Source of the DNA: an uncultured Alistipes sp.
GTDB taxonomy: Bacteria > Bacteroidota > Bacteroidia > Bacteroidales > Rikenellaceae
Length of the DNA: 64,000 nucleotides
Reading direction: 5' to 3'
Assembly (NCBI GenBank): GCA_964390585.1
Contig: CAYMIH010000001.1
Location: 8,432 to 72,431, forward strand
A model generated the notes under the pieces. That model was not told where the DNA came from. It did not search any database and saw only the letters and a program-made list of their open reading frames with translations. The position numbers were made by a program, and so were the translations under genes. Below are positions 49,401 to 58,905 of this stretch, in pieces. Every line of letters starts with the position of its first letter. Position 1 is the stretch's first letter.

Positions 49401-49408
49401 TATATTTG
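49401..49408 (+). promoter_or_regulatory. -7 box for the sensor-trkH operon
   Basis: TATATTTG. Confidence 0.58.
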
Positions 49409-49507
49409 CATTGATTAGCGTAATTTTTACAAGAGTCGGTCCGCCAACTGTTATCCGCGCGGGATTCCCCGCACGCCGCACGGACCGCGACGCGAAAAAC
49501 TATTTTT

Positions 49508-50272
49508 ATGACGGGGATTCGTAAACGAGTGACAATCGGATTTTTGAGCATCGTTGCGCTGCTCTTTTTTTCGGGTTTGGTATCGCTTTTCGAACTGAGC
49601 CACATGAGCGTCGACATAGAAGCCATCCTCGGCAGCAGCCGTCGCAGCATCGAGATGTCGAAAAACATGCTGTCGGCCATACATGCCAACGATCGCGCGG
49701 TGGTCAACTATGCGGTTCTGCGCGACAGCACGTATGCCGATTCGTGCCTCGTAGGCATACAGAGATTCAATCTCACCATACGTCAGGCGCGCAACGAATC
49801 GGGCAAATCGTCGGCCGACCCGCTTTTCGATTCGCTAAGCCAATGCTCGGACCGCATGGAAGAGGCCATCGAGGGGTTGCTGGCCCGAAAGCCGAGCGCG
49901 ACGTTCGACGGCCGCAAATGGTACGACGACAATTATCTGCCCCTGTACAACAGCATAACCGACGGCATAACGAACGTGATGTCGTCGGTGCAAGGTTCGC
50001 TCACGCCGCGTGCCGAGCAACTCAACCTCAACGCCTACCGTTCGGTGACTCCCGTATTCATCTCGCTGTTAGTGATGATAGCCATCTTGTTGATGTTCTA
50101 TTACTTCATAATGATCTACACCGTGAAGCCCATCATCGAGATGAACCGCAGTCTGGGCGACTGGCTACGTTACAAGCTGCCGTTCGACGTGAAGGCGGAG
50201 TGCCGCGACGAGATGCAGGAGTTGAAGGAGAAGATAGAGTCGGTAATGGTCGGCACGAAGACGACGAAATGA
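49508..50272 (+). CDS. Two-TM protein with periplasmic four-helix-bundle (MCP-like) sensor and short HAMP-like tail
   Basis: 'GIRKRVTIGF' plus TM, helical periplasmic region, second TM, 'KPI.EM...DEMQEL'; no kinase domain. Confidence 0.6.
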   Translation: MTGIRKRVTIGFLSIVALLFFSGLVSLFELSHMSVDIEAILGSSRRSIEMSKNMLSAIHANDRAVVNYAVLRDSTYADSCLVGIQRFNLTIRQARNESGKSSADPLFDSLSQCSDRMEEAIEGLLARKPSATFDGRKWYDDNYLPLYNSITDGITNVMSSVQGSLTPRAEQLNLNAYRSVTPVFISLLVMIAILLMFYYFIMIYTVKPIIEMNRSLGDWLRYKLPFDVKAECRDEMQELKEKIESVMVGTKTTK

Positions 50273-50303
50273 TTTACGGACCGAAAGACCTGACGACCGA
50301 GAT

Positions 50304-51749
50304 ATGAGATTCAGCGTGGTGATACGATATATCGGAATGGTGCTGCTGGTGCTGGCGGCATTCATGTTGTTGGCGGCGGGAATATCCTACCTCAGCAACA
50401 TGGATACGGGCTACTACCCTCTCCTCATGTCGTCGTTGCTGACGCTTGTGTTGGGATGTTTTCCCATGATCTTCGTTCCGCGCACCGACCGCATATCCAC
50501 CAAAGAGGGCTATTGCATAGTGGTCGGAGCATGGATCGTGTCGAGCATCGTGGGCATGTTCCCCTACCTGATGTGGGGCGGCGAGTTCTCGCCCATGAAC
50601 GCTTGGTTCGAGAGCGTGTCGGGTTTCACCACCACGGGAGCCTCCATACTAAACAACATCGAGGCGCTGCCGCGCGGGCTTCATTTCTGGCGCATGTCCA
50701 CATGCTGGGTCGGCGGCATAGGCGTGGTGATGTTCACTCTGGTAGTACTGCCGTCCATCGGCAAAAGCAAGATGATGCTCTCCAACGTCGAGCTGTCGTC
50801 GCTGGCGAAAGACAACTTCAATTACCGTACGCAAACCATCGTAAAGATAATACTTTCGGTCTACATAGGTCTCACGACCGTCACCACACTGCTGCTCAAG
50901 CTGTGCGGCATGTGCTGGTTCGACGCTTTGTGCTACGCCATGTCGACTTGCAGCACATGCGGATTCGGCACCAAAAATACCAGCGTGGCATTTTTCGATT
51001 CGGCGCTCATCGAATCGGTGCTCATACTCGGAATGGCAGTGGCGGGTATACATTTCGGACTCATATACGCCACCGTCACGCGCAAGGCGAACAACATTTT
51101 CCGCTCGGAGGTAACGCGCTTCTACCTTTGGACGATCGCCATAGCCGCGATTCTTATCGCACTGAGCCTCCGCAAGGCCGAAGTATATCCGTCGACGATC
51201 GCATCTTTGCGCTACTCGCTGTTCCAGACGGTGTCGTACATCACCACCACGGGATTCGCCATAGCCGACTGCAACACGTGGACTTCGTTCGCGATACTGA
51301 TATTGATCTTCTGCTCGATCGTGTGCGCCTGCGCGGGATCGACGTCGGGCGGTCTTAAAATCGACCGTCTGCTGCTGGCTGTCAAGATGATGCGCAATCG
51401 CCTGCGAATGCAGCAACACCCAAATGCCATCTTCCGCACCAAGGTCGACGGCATCCCGCAGGACAAGGACATGCTCAATACGGTAATGGTTTACACGGTG
51501 GCTTTCATGATGTTGATTATGGCGGGGACATTCGCCAACACGTTGTTCGGTTCCGACCTCACGACAGGCTTTTCGTCCGCCGTGGCATGCACGAGCAATG
51601 TGGGCCCCGGGTTCGGAGAGGTGGGTTCCATGAACAATTATTCGGCTTTACCGACAATAATGAAACTAAATCTGACGGTCCTCATGTTGCTGGGACGTCT
51701 CGAAATATTCGGATTGATTCAACTCTTTTTTATCAGATGGTGGAGATAA
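50304..51749 (+). CDS. trkH: TrkH family potassium uptake protein
   Basis: 'FESVSGFTTTGAS', 'GGIG', 'TTTGF', 'AGSTSGGLK', 'NVGPG', 'GRLEIF'. Confidence 0.92.
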   Translation: MRFSVVIRYIGMVLLVLAAFMLLAAGISYLSNMDTGYYPLLMSSLLTLVLGCFPMIFVPRTDRISTKEGYCIVVGAWIVSSIVGMFPYLMWGGEFSPMNAWFESVSGFTTTGASILNNIEALPRGLHFWRMSTCWVGGIGVVMFTLVVLPSIGKSKMMLSNVELSSLAKDNFNYRTQTIVKIILSVYIGLTTVTTLLLKLCGMCWFDALCYAMSTCSTCGFGTKNTSVAFFDSALIESVLILGMAVAGIHFGLIYATVTRKANNIFRSEVTRFYLWTIAIAAILIALSLRKAEVYPSTIASLRYSLFQTVSYITTTGFAIADCNTWTSFAILILIFCSIVCACAGSTSGGLKIDRLLLAVKMMRNRLRMQQHPNAIFRTKVDGIPQDKDMLNTVMVYTVAFMMLIMAGTFANTLFGSDLTTGFSSAVACTSNVGPGFGEVGSMNNYSALPTIMKLNLTVLMLLGRLEIFGLIQLFFIRWWR

Positions 51750-53299
51750 CCGTACGTAAACTGTTAATTGCAGGCATATTGGCCGTAACGTTAAACGTCG
51801 CCGACACGGCGGCGCAGGAGATCGTCGCGCGAATACCCGGGCTCGAAAAGAACAACGAATACATGACCCTGTTGCGCAAGGAGGAGGAGCTGCGGCTCAA
51901 AAACGACTCCATAATAGCCGTCATGCGCACGGTGCGCGAAGCGATGCGCGAGAATGCCGAAAAGCGCGATTCGCTGACTCGCCAAAGATCCGATTCGTTG
52001 ATGCTCATACTCTCCGACGCCGAAAACGCGGCTTTCGCGTTGCGGTCGCAAAAGATAAAACTCATCGACGGCATCAACGCCATCGAACAGGAATTCGTAC
52101 TCGCGGGCATGGGCAACATAGGCGGTGCGGACGAGTCGCAATCGGCGGCTTCGATCTTCGGCAACGCCTATTTCGTAAAAAACATCGATCCCGACGACTA
52201 CAAGGCTTTGCTCGACGCGAACCGCAAGGAGAGCACGGCGCGTAAATACGTGTCGTCGTATATCGACAACTACAAAAAGATCAAGGCTCTTTACGACAAA
52301 TACGTGCTGGCCGCCACCGAAGCCGAGGCCGAAGCCGTGTACGCCGACATATCGGCGGCAGCCGACGAGAGTCTGGTGCTCGAAAGACAGCTGGCCAAGT
52401 TGTGGAGCGAGATCTACGACCAAAAGATCTACGTATACTCCTATTTCCTCGAAAAGGAGAACCGCGAGGATATCCTCGAAATCACGGAGTCGATGATGGG
52501 CGAAGCCCGACAGGAGAAACTCTCCTCGGCGGACAACATCGTATCGGAAGCGGTGGCCGACTATTGTCTGCAAAAACCCATCGTGCTCAATTACGAGATC
52601 TATGTGGCCAAATTGCTCAATCGCACGACGGCGATCGACTCGCTCTCCAACGCATCCAAAAGCGTTCGGCAGATAGATTTCCGCATGCCTCCCGTCGAAG
52701 TGAAACGCCGCTCGTTCGTCGACTACGAGGCCATCGAGTTCACGCCCCGCAGCCCCTACAACGCATCGAACCCCATCCCCGACTGCATCGTGTACGAATA
52801 CGGCACCATATACCGCATACTGCTGGGAACCTACAAATACAAACAGGCCGTTTCGACGTTCCGCGGCGCCTCGCCTCTCTGCGTCGAGACGCTCGACGAC
52901 GGACGTTTCAGCTACTACGCTGGCGGACTTAAAACGCGCGCCGAGGCCGAAACGGCGGTCGAGATAATGAAAAAGAAGGGCTTCCGCAATCCCGAGATCG
53001 TCGAGTGGTGCGACGGGCGCAAAACCAACCTCTCGCAACAGAACGAGGACGCGACCGTCACGTTCCGCGTGACGATAAAGGGCGGCGCGCTGGACGACAC
53101 AGTGCGCGATCTGATAACGACCATGGCCGAAGGGTGCCAGATATCGAAGATCGCCGAAGGCACCTTCATCGTGGGTGCGTTCGACTCGCGTGTCATGGCC
53201 GAGCGTGTGGCCGCCGCCGTGGCCAAGTGCGACGAATCGCTCACCGCCGAAGTGACCGAGATCGGCAATACCGCCTCCAACGAAGGCGCGGAGGAATAG
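51737..53299 (+). CDS. Secreted hypothetical protein (helical N-terminus, SPOR-like C-terminal domains)
   Basis: Signal-peptide-like start overlapping the trkH stop; 'YRILLG...YYAGG....AEAE.A.....KKGF' SPOR-like pattern. Confidence 0.5.
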   Translation: MVEITVRKLLIAGILAVTLNVADTAAQEIVARIPGLEKNNEYMTLLRKEEELRLKNDSIIAVMRTVREAMRENAEKRDSLTRQRSDSLMLILSDAENAAFALRSQKIKLIDGINAIEQEFVLAGMGNIGGADESQSAASIFGNAYFVKNIDPDDYKALLDANRKESTARKYVSSYIDNYKKIKALYDKYVLAATEAEAEAVYADISAAADESLVLERQLAKLWSEIYDQKIYVYSYFLEKENREDILEITESMMGEARQEKLSSADNIVSEAVADYCLQKPIVLNYEIYVAKLLNRTTAIDSLSNASKSVRQIDFRMPPVEVKRRSFVDYEAIEFTPRSPYNASNPIPDCIVYEYGTIYRILLGTYKYKQAVSTFRGASPLCVETLDDGRFSYYAGGLKTRAEAETAVEIMKKKGFRNPEIVEWCDGRKTNLSQQNEDATVTFRVTIKGGALDDTVRDLITTMAEGCQISKIAEGTFIVGAFDSRVMAERVAAAVAKCDESLTAEVTEIGNTASNEGAEE

Positions 53300-53401
53300 T
53301 GACGGGCATGGCGATCACCCGAAAGGCCGATCGCCGCCGACAGGACAATAACTATTCGGAAACCGACGTTCGGTTTCCGCCAAACTAAATAACAGACGCT
53401 T

Positions 53402-53863
53402 ATGGGATTGATCGTATTTCTCGTTCTGCTGGGAATGTTCTTCCTCGTGGTGGAATTGCTACTGCTGCCCGGAATCACCGTGGGAACCATCCTCTCACTG
53501 TCGTGCTACGGCGCTGCCGTGTATTTCGGATTCATGCGCTTCGGAATCGGCGGAGTCGGCGTGACGATAGTCGCGATACTCGCCGTGTCGCTGGTGGCAA
53601 CGGTCATATCGTTGCGCGCCAAGACTTGGCAGCGCTTTTCGCTCAACCAGAAGATCGATTCGTCGAGCATGACAAGTCCCGCCGACGAACTGAAGATCGG
53701 CGAACGCGGCACTACGGTCTCGCGCCTCTCGCCTATGGGTAAGGTGAATATCGACGGCAAGGTCTACGAAGCCAAATCGGTCGACGTCTACATCGATCAA
53801 CGCAAGGAGATCGAGGTGACGGGATTCGAGAACTTCACCGTCATAGTGAAACTCGTCGAATGA
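53402..53863 (+). CDS. NfeD family protein (short)
   Basis: TM N-terminus, 'G..G.TVSRL.P.G.V.I.G...EA' OB-fold; directly upstream of floA. Confidence 0.85.
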   Translation: MGLIVFLVLLGMFFLVVELLLLPGITVGTILSLSCYGAAVYFGFMRFGIGGVGVTIVAILAVSLVATVISLRAKTWQRFSLNQKIDSSSMTSPADELKIGERGTTVSRLSPMGKVNIDGKVYEAKSVDVYIDQRKEIEVTGFENFTVIVKLVE

Positions 53864-53944
53864 CGGCCGACGGGCATACTTGCGCTTCGCTGCGGCATTC
53901 ACATGGTCACACACATGCCAATTAATCATTAACAACCTGATACT

Positions 53945-54919
53945 ATGGAAGAATTACAATTGGGAATCATCGCCTTCGTGGTCTTTTTCGGCCTTATCGC
54001 CATTTGGCTGGTATTCTATTTCATTCCTGTGGGACTCTGGTTTTCGGCACTCGTGTCGGGTGTCAAGATCAGTCTGCTGCAACTGATCCTCATGCGTTGG
54101 CGCAAGGTTCCGCCCTCGGCAATCGTATCGTCGATGATCGAGGGAACCAAGGCAGGTCTCAACCTCGACCCCAACGAATTGGAGGCTCACTATCTGGCGG
54201 GCGGTAACGTCACCAACGTCGTGCACGCTCTCGTTTCGGCGCAGAAGGCCAACATCAACCTCGATTTCAAGATGGCCACGGCAATCGATCTCGCGGGCCG
54301 CGACGTATTCGAGGCCGTGCAAATGTCGGTCAACCCCAAGGTCATAAACACTCCGCCCGTGGCGGCCGTCGCCAAGGACGGCATACAGCTCATAGCCAAG
54401 GCCCGCGTCACGGTGCGCGCCAACATCAAGCAGCTGGTGGGCGGCGCAGGCGAGGAGACGGTTCTGGCCCGTGTGGGCGAAGGCATCGTGTCATCGATCG
54501 GTTCGGCCGCATCGCACAAGATCGTGCTGGAGAATCCCGATTCGATCTCACGCGTGGTGCTGGAGAAGGGCCTCGACGCGGGTACCGCATTCGAGATACT
54601 GTCGATCGACATCGCCGACATCGACGTCGGCAAGAACATCGGCGCGCAGCTCCAGATGGATCAGGCCGACGCCGACAAGAATATCGCCCAAGCCAAGGCC
54701 GAGGAGCGCCGCGCGATGGCGGTGGCTCTGGAGCAGGAGAACCGAGCCAAGGCTCAGGACGCCCGCGCCAAAGTGATCCTCGCCGAGGCGGAGATACCTC
54801 TGGCAATGGCCGAAGCGTTCCGCAACGGCAATCTCGGAGTGATGGATTACTACAAGATGAAGAACATCATGGCCGACACTCAGATGCGCGATACCATAGC
54901 GCGGAACGACAAGAAATAA
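53945..54919 (+). CDS. floA: Flotillin-like protein FloA (YqfA/UPF0365)
   Basis: 'LEAHYLAGG', 'AIDLAGRD', 'SVNPKVI', '[10 protein letters not shown]'. Confidence 0.92.
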   Translation: MEELQLGIIAFVVFFGLIAIWLVFYFIPVGLWFSALVSGVKISLLQLILMRWRKVPPSAIVSSMIEGTKAGLNLDPNELEAHYLAGGNVTNVVHALVSAQKANINLDFKMATAIDLAGRDVFEAVQMSVNPKVINTPPVAAVAKDGIQLIAKARVTVRANIKQLVGGAGEETVLARVGEGIVSSIGSAASHKIVLENPDSISRVVLEKGLDAGTAFEILSIDIADIDVGKNIGAQLQMDQADADKNIAQAKAEERRAMAVALEQENRAKAQDARAKVILAEAEIPLAMAEAFRNGNLGVMDYYKMKNIMADTQMRDTIARNDKK

Positions 54920-54961
54920 AGGAATATTACTAACCCCGCCGACGAACTTTAATAACGGAAT

Positions 54962-56188
54962 ATGATGTCGAAAAGTCGTTTGATATTTTGCCTGTTGACA
55001 TTGGCAATATTCACTCGTTCTCAGGCCGATGAGATTTCGCGGACAACAGGATCGGAAGACCGTAAATTATGGGTCAACACTCTTGTTAAAATCGTCGACC
55101 CCGTTTTGACCAATCTTGCAAATGAGACCTTGCGGGCGAATATGCCTCAGGAATCTTCGGACAGCAACCGCGGTCACAAATTCTCGCATTTGGAAGCAGT
55201 CGGAAGAACAATATGCGGAATAGCACCTTGGCTGGAACTCGGAATTGACGATTCCGAAGAGGGAAAATTGAGAGAAAAGTATATCGATCTGGTTGTCAAA
55301 GGACTCGCCAATGCCGTCAATCCGAATTCACCCGATTACTTGGATTTCCGGACTCCTCATCAACCTTTGGTCGATGCCGCTTTCTTGTCGCTCGGGATAT
55401 TGCGGGCGCCTACTCAGATATGGGGGAGATTAGATAATCGGACCAAAGAAAATCTGATAATCGAGTTGAAGCGTACCCGTTCGATCGAACCGTTTCAAAG
55501 CAACTGGTTATTGTTTACTTCGATCGTCGAGGCTACGCTGTTGGAATTGACGGGGGAGTGCGACGAGGAGCGGTTGCTCTACGGAGTGGAAATGTTTCGT
55601 GACAAATGGTATCTGGGAGATGCGACTTACGGAGACGGCCCCCACTACCATGCCGACTATTACAACAGTTTCGTCATTCATCCTCTGTTAACGGAGGTAC
55701 TGCGTGTCATGGAAAAACATCACGTAGCGGGTGCCGATTTTCTGGCTACCCAATACAAACGCCTTTCACGCTATGCCGAACAGCAAGAACGATTGATTTC
55801 GCCCGAGGGTGCATATCCCGTAATAGGACGTTCCATCACCTATCGTATAGGTGCGTTTCATGATTTGGAATACGCTGCGCTTCTCCATAAGTTGCCGTCG
55901 TCAATTAAACCTGCTCAGGTGCGATGCGCCTTAACCGCGGTTATTAAAAGGCAATTCGATGCACCCGATACCTATGATGTTCAAGGATGGCTGCGCGTCG
56001 GATTTGCCGGCAGCCAGATTGAAATGTCTGAGTCTTACATCAATACGGGAAGCGTTTACCTTTGTACATTCGGCTTTGTGGCATTGGGTTTGCCGAATAG
56101 CGATCCGTTTTGGAATGAAGATTTTACTTCATGGACTTCTTTGAAGGCTTGGAATGGAGAGACGGTAAATGCCGACCATGCCCAATGA
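54962..56188 (+). CDS. DUF2264 family protein (secreted, lower GC)
   Basis: 'LEAVGRT..GIAPWL', 'QPLVDAAF', 'NWLLF', 'Y.GD..YGDG', 'GRSITYR', 'YINTGS.YL'. Confidence 0.8.
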   Translation: MMSKSRLIFCLLTLAIFTRSQADEISRTTGSEDRKLWVNTLVKIVDPVLTNLANETLRANMPQESSDSNRGHKFSHLEAVGRTICGIAPWLELGIDDSEEGKLREKYIDLVVKGLANAVNPNSPDYLDFRTPHQPLVDAAFLSLGILRAPTQIWGRLDNRTKENLIIELKRTRSIEPFQSNWLLFTSIVEATLLELTGECDEERLLYGVEMFRDKWYLGDATYGDGPHYHADYYNSFVIHPLLTEVLRVMEKHHVAGADFLATQYKRLSRYAEQQERLISPEGAYPVIGRSITYRIGAFHDLEYAALLHKLPSSIKPAQVRCALTAVIKRQFDAPDTYDVQGWLRVGFAGSQIEMSESYINTGSVYLCTFGFVALGLPNSDPFWNEDFTSWTSLKAWNGETVNADHAQ

Positions 56189-56211
56189 TAGCGCGGTTTG
56201 CCGCAAAATAA

Positions 56212-56253
56212 GACGAAAACTGCCGACCCGTGAAATGGTCGGCAGTTTTCGTC
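56212..56253. terminator. Bidirectional terminator (DUF2264 and CDGSH genes)
   Basis: GACGAAAACTGCCGACC/GGTCGGCAGTTTTCGTC. Confidence 0.7.
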
Positions 56254-56258
56254 ATACA

Positions 56259-57026
56259 TCAATACACCTCCTCGGGTACCGTCTCCCCTTCGGGAACTCC
56301 GTCGATCTCGTCACGCCACTTTATCGCGGCATGCGTGCCGTCGCAATAGGGTTTGTTACCCGACTCTCCGCAACGGCACAACACCACTCTGTTGCGTATC
56401 TCGAAAGTCTTGCCGTTCGCGCGCTCCAATCTTATGCCTCCGCGAACCCATATTCCTCCGCTCGCACCTATGGCAGGGTCTTCCACAAGTCCCAAACTCG
56501 GATCGTAAGCAGGTTCGAAAGGCTTGCCCGTTTCATTGTCCCATGCGGTAAGGCGTGCGCTCGGGCACATCGACGCTTCGCGTATGGCCAACTTTCTTGC
56601 TTCGGGATACTCCGAATTGGCGACCAGATTCCACGCACGTCCCTCGGCATCGCAAAATCGCGCGAATACGCAATAGCGTTCGTTGTCCGACATGGTGAGC
56701 GTGCCGCCTTCGGTTATCTCGACGTCGCGCAGCAACGGTGCATCCGACGCGGTCAAACGCGAATCCCATTCGAATTTCGCATGCGTGCCGTCGCAATAAG
56801 GCTTGCGATGCGACCCGCCGCAACGGCACAGCGCTGTCGGTTCGTTCTCGGTGGAAAAATGGCGTCCTTCCTGAAAATACCAGCTTGCGCCGCGGTCGTT
56901 TGCCATGATGAATTGCATCGCCAACGGCGGACGTCCGAACACCAGATAGGGGCCCTCGTCGGCAATGACGATGCGGTATCCCTTTGCGGCGGGTTTCGAT
57001 CCCGTCATAATTTTTGTACTGCTCAT
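56259..57026 (-). CDS. CDGSH iron-sulfur protein (CDGSH, divergent Fe-S, CDGSH)
   Basis: Two 'LCRCG.S..KPYCDGTH' motifs flanking 'C..ARFC...CPS.RL'. Confidence 0.85.
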   Translation of the reverse strand: MSSTKIMTGSKPAAKGYRIVIADEGPYLVFGRPPLAMQFIMANDRGASWYFQEGRHFSTENEPTALCRCGGSHRKPYCDGTHAKFEWDSRLTASDAPLLRDVEITEGGTLTMSDNERYCVFARFCDAEGRAWNLVANSEYPEARKLAIREASMCPSARLTAWDNETGKPFEPAYDPSLGLVEDPAIGASGGIWVRGGIRLERANGKTFEIRNRVVLCRCGESGNKPYCDGTHAAIKWRDEIDGVPEGETVPEEVY

Positions 57027-57126
57027 AATAATAAATGTATTTTCGAAACGTTTGCACAATAGACAATAATTGTTCCTCCCGATGAAATAATCCGTTATCG
57101 GTTGCGCAAAGTCATTGCTTTTTTGG

Positions 57127-57134
57127 TATATTTG
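57127..57134 (+). promoter_or_regulatory. -7 box for the surface lipoprotein
   Basis: TATATTTG. Confidence 0.58.
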
Positions 57135-57174
57135 CAGATATTTTTAAAGTGGTTATTTGATAAAAAACAGATAT

Positions 57175-58668
57175 ATGAATAGAGTTTTTCGAGGTGCATC
57201 AGCCGTCGCGGTCATCGCAATCATCTGTACGGCAATGTTTTCGTCGTGCACGACCGATGAAAAATACGATTTCGCGTTCGAACTTCCCGGGCGTATCGTC
57301 ACCGAATTGAACGAAACCGTGGTGATTCCGTTCACGGCTTGCAACATCACCAGCGTATCGGTCACGTCCAAACCCGATGGATGGACGGTGGACAACGTCG
57401 ATCTGGTGAATTGGACCATCACCGTAACTTCGCCCGAATCGTACACCGAAGACGATGACAGCGTGGTCGAAAACGGCAATCTCGTCCTCACGGGCTACAC
57501 GGCCGCAGGCACCTCGGTGAAGGCCACATCCTACCTTTCGCTGCTCAATCGCGAGATAGACCTCACCGATTCATATTCCAATTGTTACGTCATATCGCAG
57601 GCCGACACCCGCTACATCATCGACGTCACCCACAAGGGCGAGTCGTCGCAGACCGTATCGCCCGCCGGCGTCGCCATTCTGTGGCAGAGCGAACGCGACC
57701 TGATCAATTTCAGCAATTTCGACGAAGCCACGGGTACATTCACCTTTTACGTGTCGCACGAAGACACCGACGACGACACCGAGGCAGCGAAAACCCCCGA
57801 CGGCAATGCCGTAGTGGCCGCTTACGACGCCGACGACAACATTCTTTGGAGCTGGCATCTGTGGGTAACGGGATCGGATCCCGAATCGAATGCCGTGGCC
57901 ACTTCGGCGGGCGTGTTCATGGACCGCAACCTCGGAGCATATCACAACAGCGACGGCTCGACCGATACCGACGACATATTCAAGTCTTACGGACTCTATT
58001 ACCAGTGGGGGCGCAAGGATCCGTTCATTAGACCCGTCGATTACAGATTTTCAAGCAACACCGACAGAACCGTTTACAGCGCCTCCAACACCGTAAAGCG
58101 TTTCGCATACGTCGATTCGGAGAAAGACGCCGAAGCGGGCAGCATAGAGTACGCCGTGGCCAACCCCATGTCGTTCGTGCTCGGATTGAAAGACAGCGGT
58201 TACGACTGGCTTTGGACAGCTCGCGACAACAGCTTGTGGAGCGACGGAGAAAAGAGCATCTACGATCCCTGTCCCCGCGGCTGGCGCGTTCCCGACGGCG
58301 ATGCTTTCTCGGCATTCGATATCGACGAGATAGAGGATGAAGCGCAATTGGCCGACATACGCGACATGTACGGATGGCATATAAAGGACAAGACGACGGG
58401 CGCCAAGCTCTTCATGCCGGGCGCAGGCCGCCGCAGTTTCGAAACGGGAGTACTCACCAACATGAACGACTACGGTTACGAAAACGTACCCATGCCTTGG
58501 ATCGGCTACTATTGGACAAGCGGAGTCGGCACGGAAGAGTTGACGACGGCAAAATCGATGTTCTTCGATCTCAATACCACCCGAGCCGTGAACAACCGCT
58601 ACGACGCAGCCAAGGAGATGTACCGCGCCAACGGCATGCAGATTCGCTGCGTGAGAGACGACCGATAG
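57175..58668 (+). CDS. Surface lipoprotein with Fib_succ_major/fimbrillin-tip-like C-terminal domain
   Basis: Lipobox 'FSSC'; 'WSWHLW', 'MDRNLGA', 'YYQWGRKDPF', 'DPCPRGWRVP', 'GYYWTS', 'G.QIRCVRD'. Confidence 0.7.
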   Translation: MNRVFRGASAVAVIAIICTAMFSSCTTDEKYDFAFELPGRIVTELNETVVIPFTACNITSVSVTSKPDGWTVDNVDLVNWTITVTSPESYTEDDDSVVENGNLVLTGYTAAGTSVKATSYLSLLNREIDLTDSYSNCYVISQADTRYIIDVTHKGESSQTVSPAGVAILWQSERDLINFSNFDEATGTFTFYVSHEDTDDDTEAAKTPDGNAVVAAYDADDNILWSWHLWVTGSDPESNAVATSAGVFMDRNLGAYHNSDGSTDTDDIFKSYGLYYQWGRKDPFIRPVDYRFSSNTDRTVYSASNTVKRFAYVDSEKDAEAGSIEYAVANPMSFVLGLKDSGYDWLWTARDNSLWSDGEKSIYDPCPRGWRVPDGDAFSAFDIDEIEDEAQLADIRDMYGWHIKDKTTGAKLFMPGAGRRSFETGVLTNMNDYGYENVPMPWIGYYWTSGVGTEELTTAKSMFFDLNTTRAVNNRYDAAKEMYRANGMQIRCVRDDR

Positions 58669-58689
58669 AGGCCGCAACAAAAAATTCGG

Positions 58690-58719
58690 AACAGCCCGAC
58701 CTTGCGGTCGGGCTGTTTT
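58690..58719 (+). terminator. Terminator after the surface lipoprotein
   Basis: AACAGCCCGACC/GGTCGGGCTGTT plus TT. Confidence 0.7.
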
Positions 58720-58733
58720 GCGATAATACGGCT

Positions 58734-58825
58734 CGGGCGGCAGCCTGCGGAGCGCGCGAACGAGCGAATGCAAGTTGCGGGCCTCCGCGGGGCGAGGCTG
58801 CGGCCCGCACGACTCTGACGAGTCG
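58734..58825 (+). repeat. Dispersed palindromic element, subfamily B, copy B4
   Basis: CGGGCGGCAGCCTGCGGAGCGCGCGAACGAGCGAATGCAAGTTGCGGGCCTCCGCGGGGCGAGGCTGCGGCCCGCACGACTCTGACGAGTCG. Confidence 0.92.
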
Positions 58826-58857
58826 CGACAGAATTTCTCCGTTCGAGTTTTTTTGTC

Positions 58858-58865
58858 TATTTTTG
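58858..58865 (+). promoter_or_regulatory. -7 box for engB
   Basis: TATTTTTG. Confidence 0.58.
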
Positions 58866-58905
58866 CGGCACTAACAAGCCGTTCGAGGCATAATCCTTCC
58901 AAGCG

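Noticed and set aside
58734-58810. B element as an HDV-like or pistol ribozyme (GCGAAT motif, nested pairings)
   Set aside because: I could not place P3/L3/P1.1 and J4/2 in the required order on either strand, and the conserved pistol residues are absent. A cleavage assay would be needed to exclude it fully.
58809-58835. CTGACGA in the B elements as a hammerhead ribozyme core
   Set aside because: No GAAA after a stem II in any copy; B3 has CTAAAAGA instead; the motif is simply the loop of the terminal hairpin.
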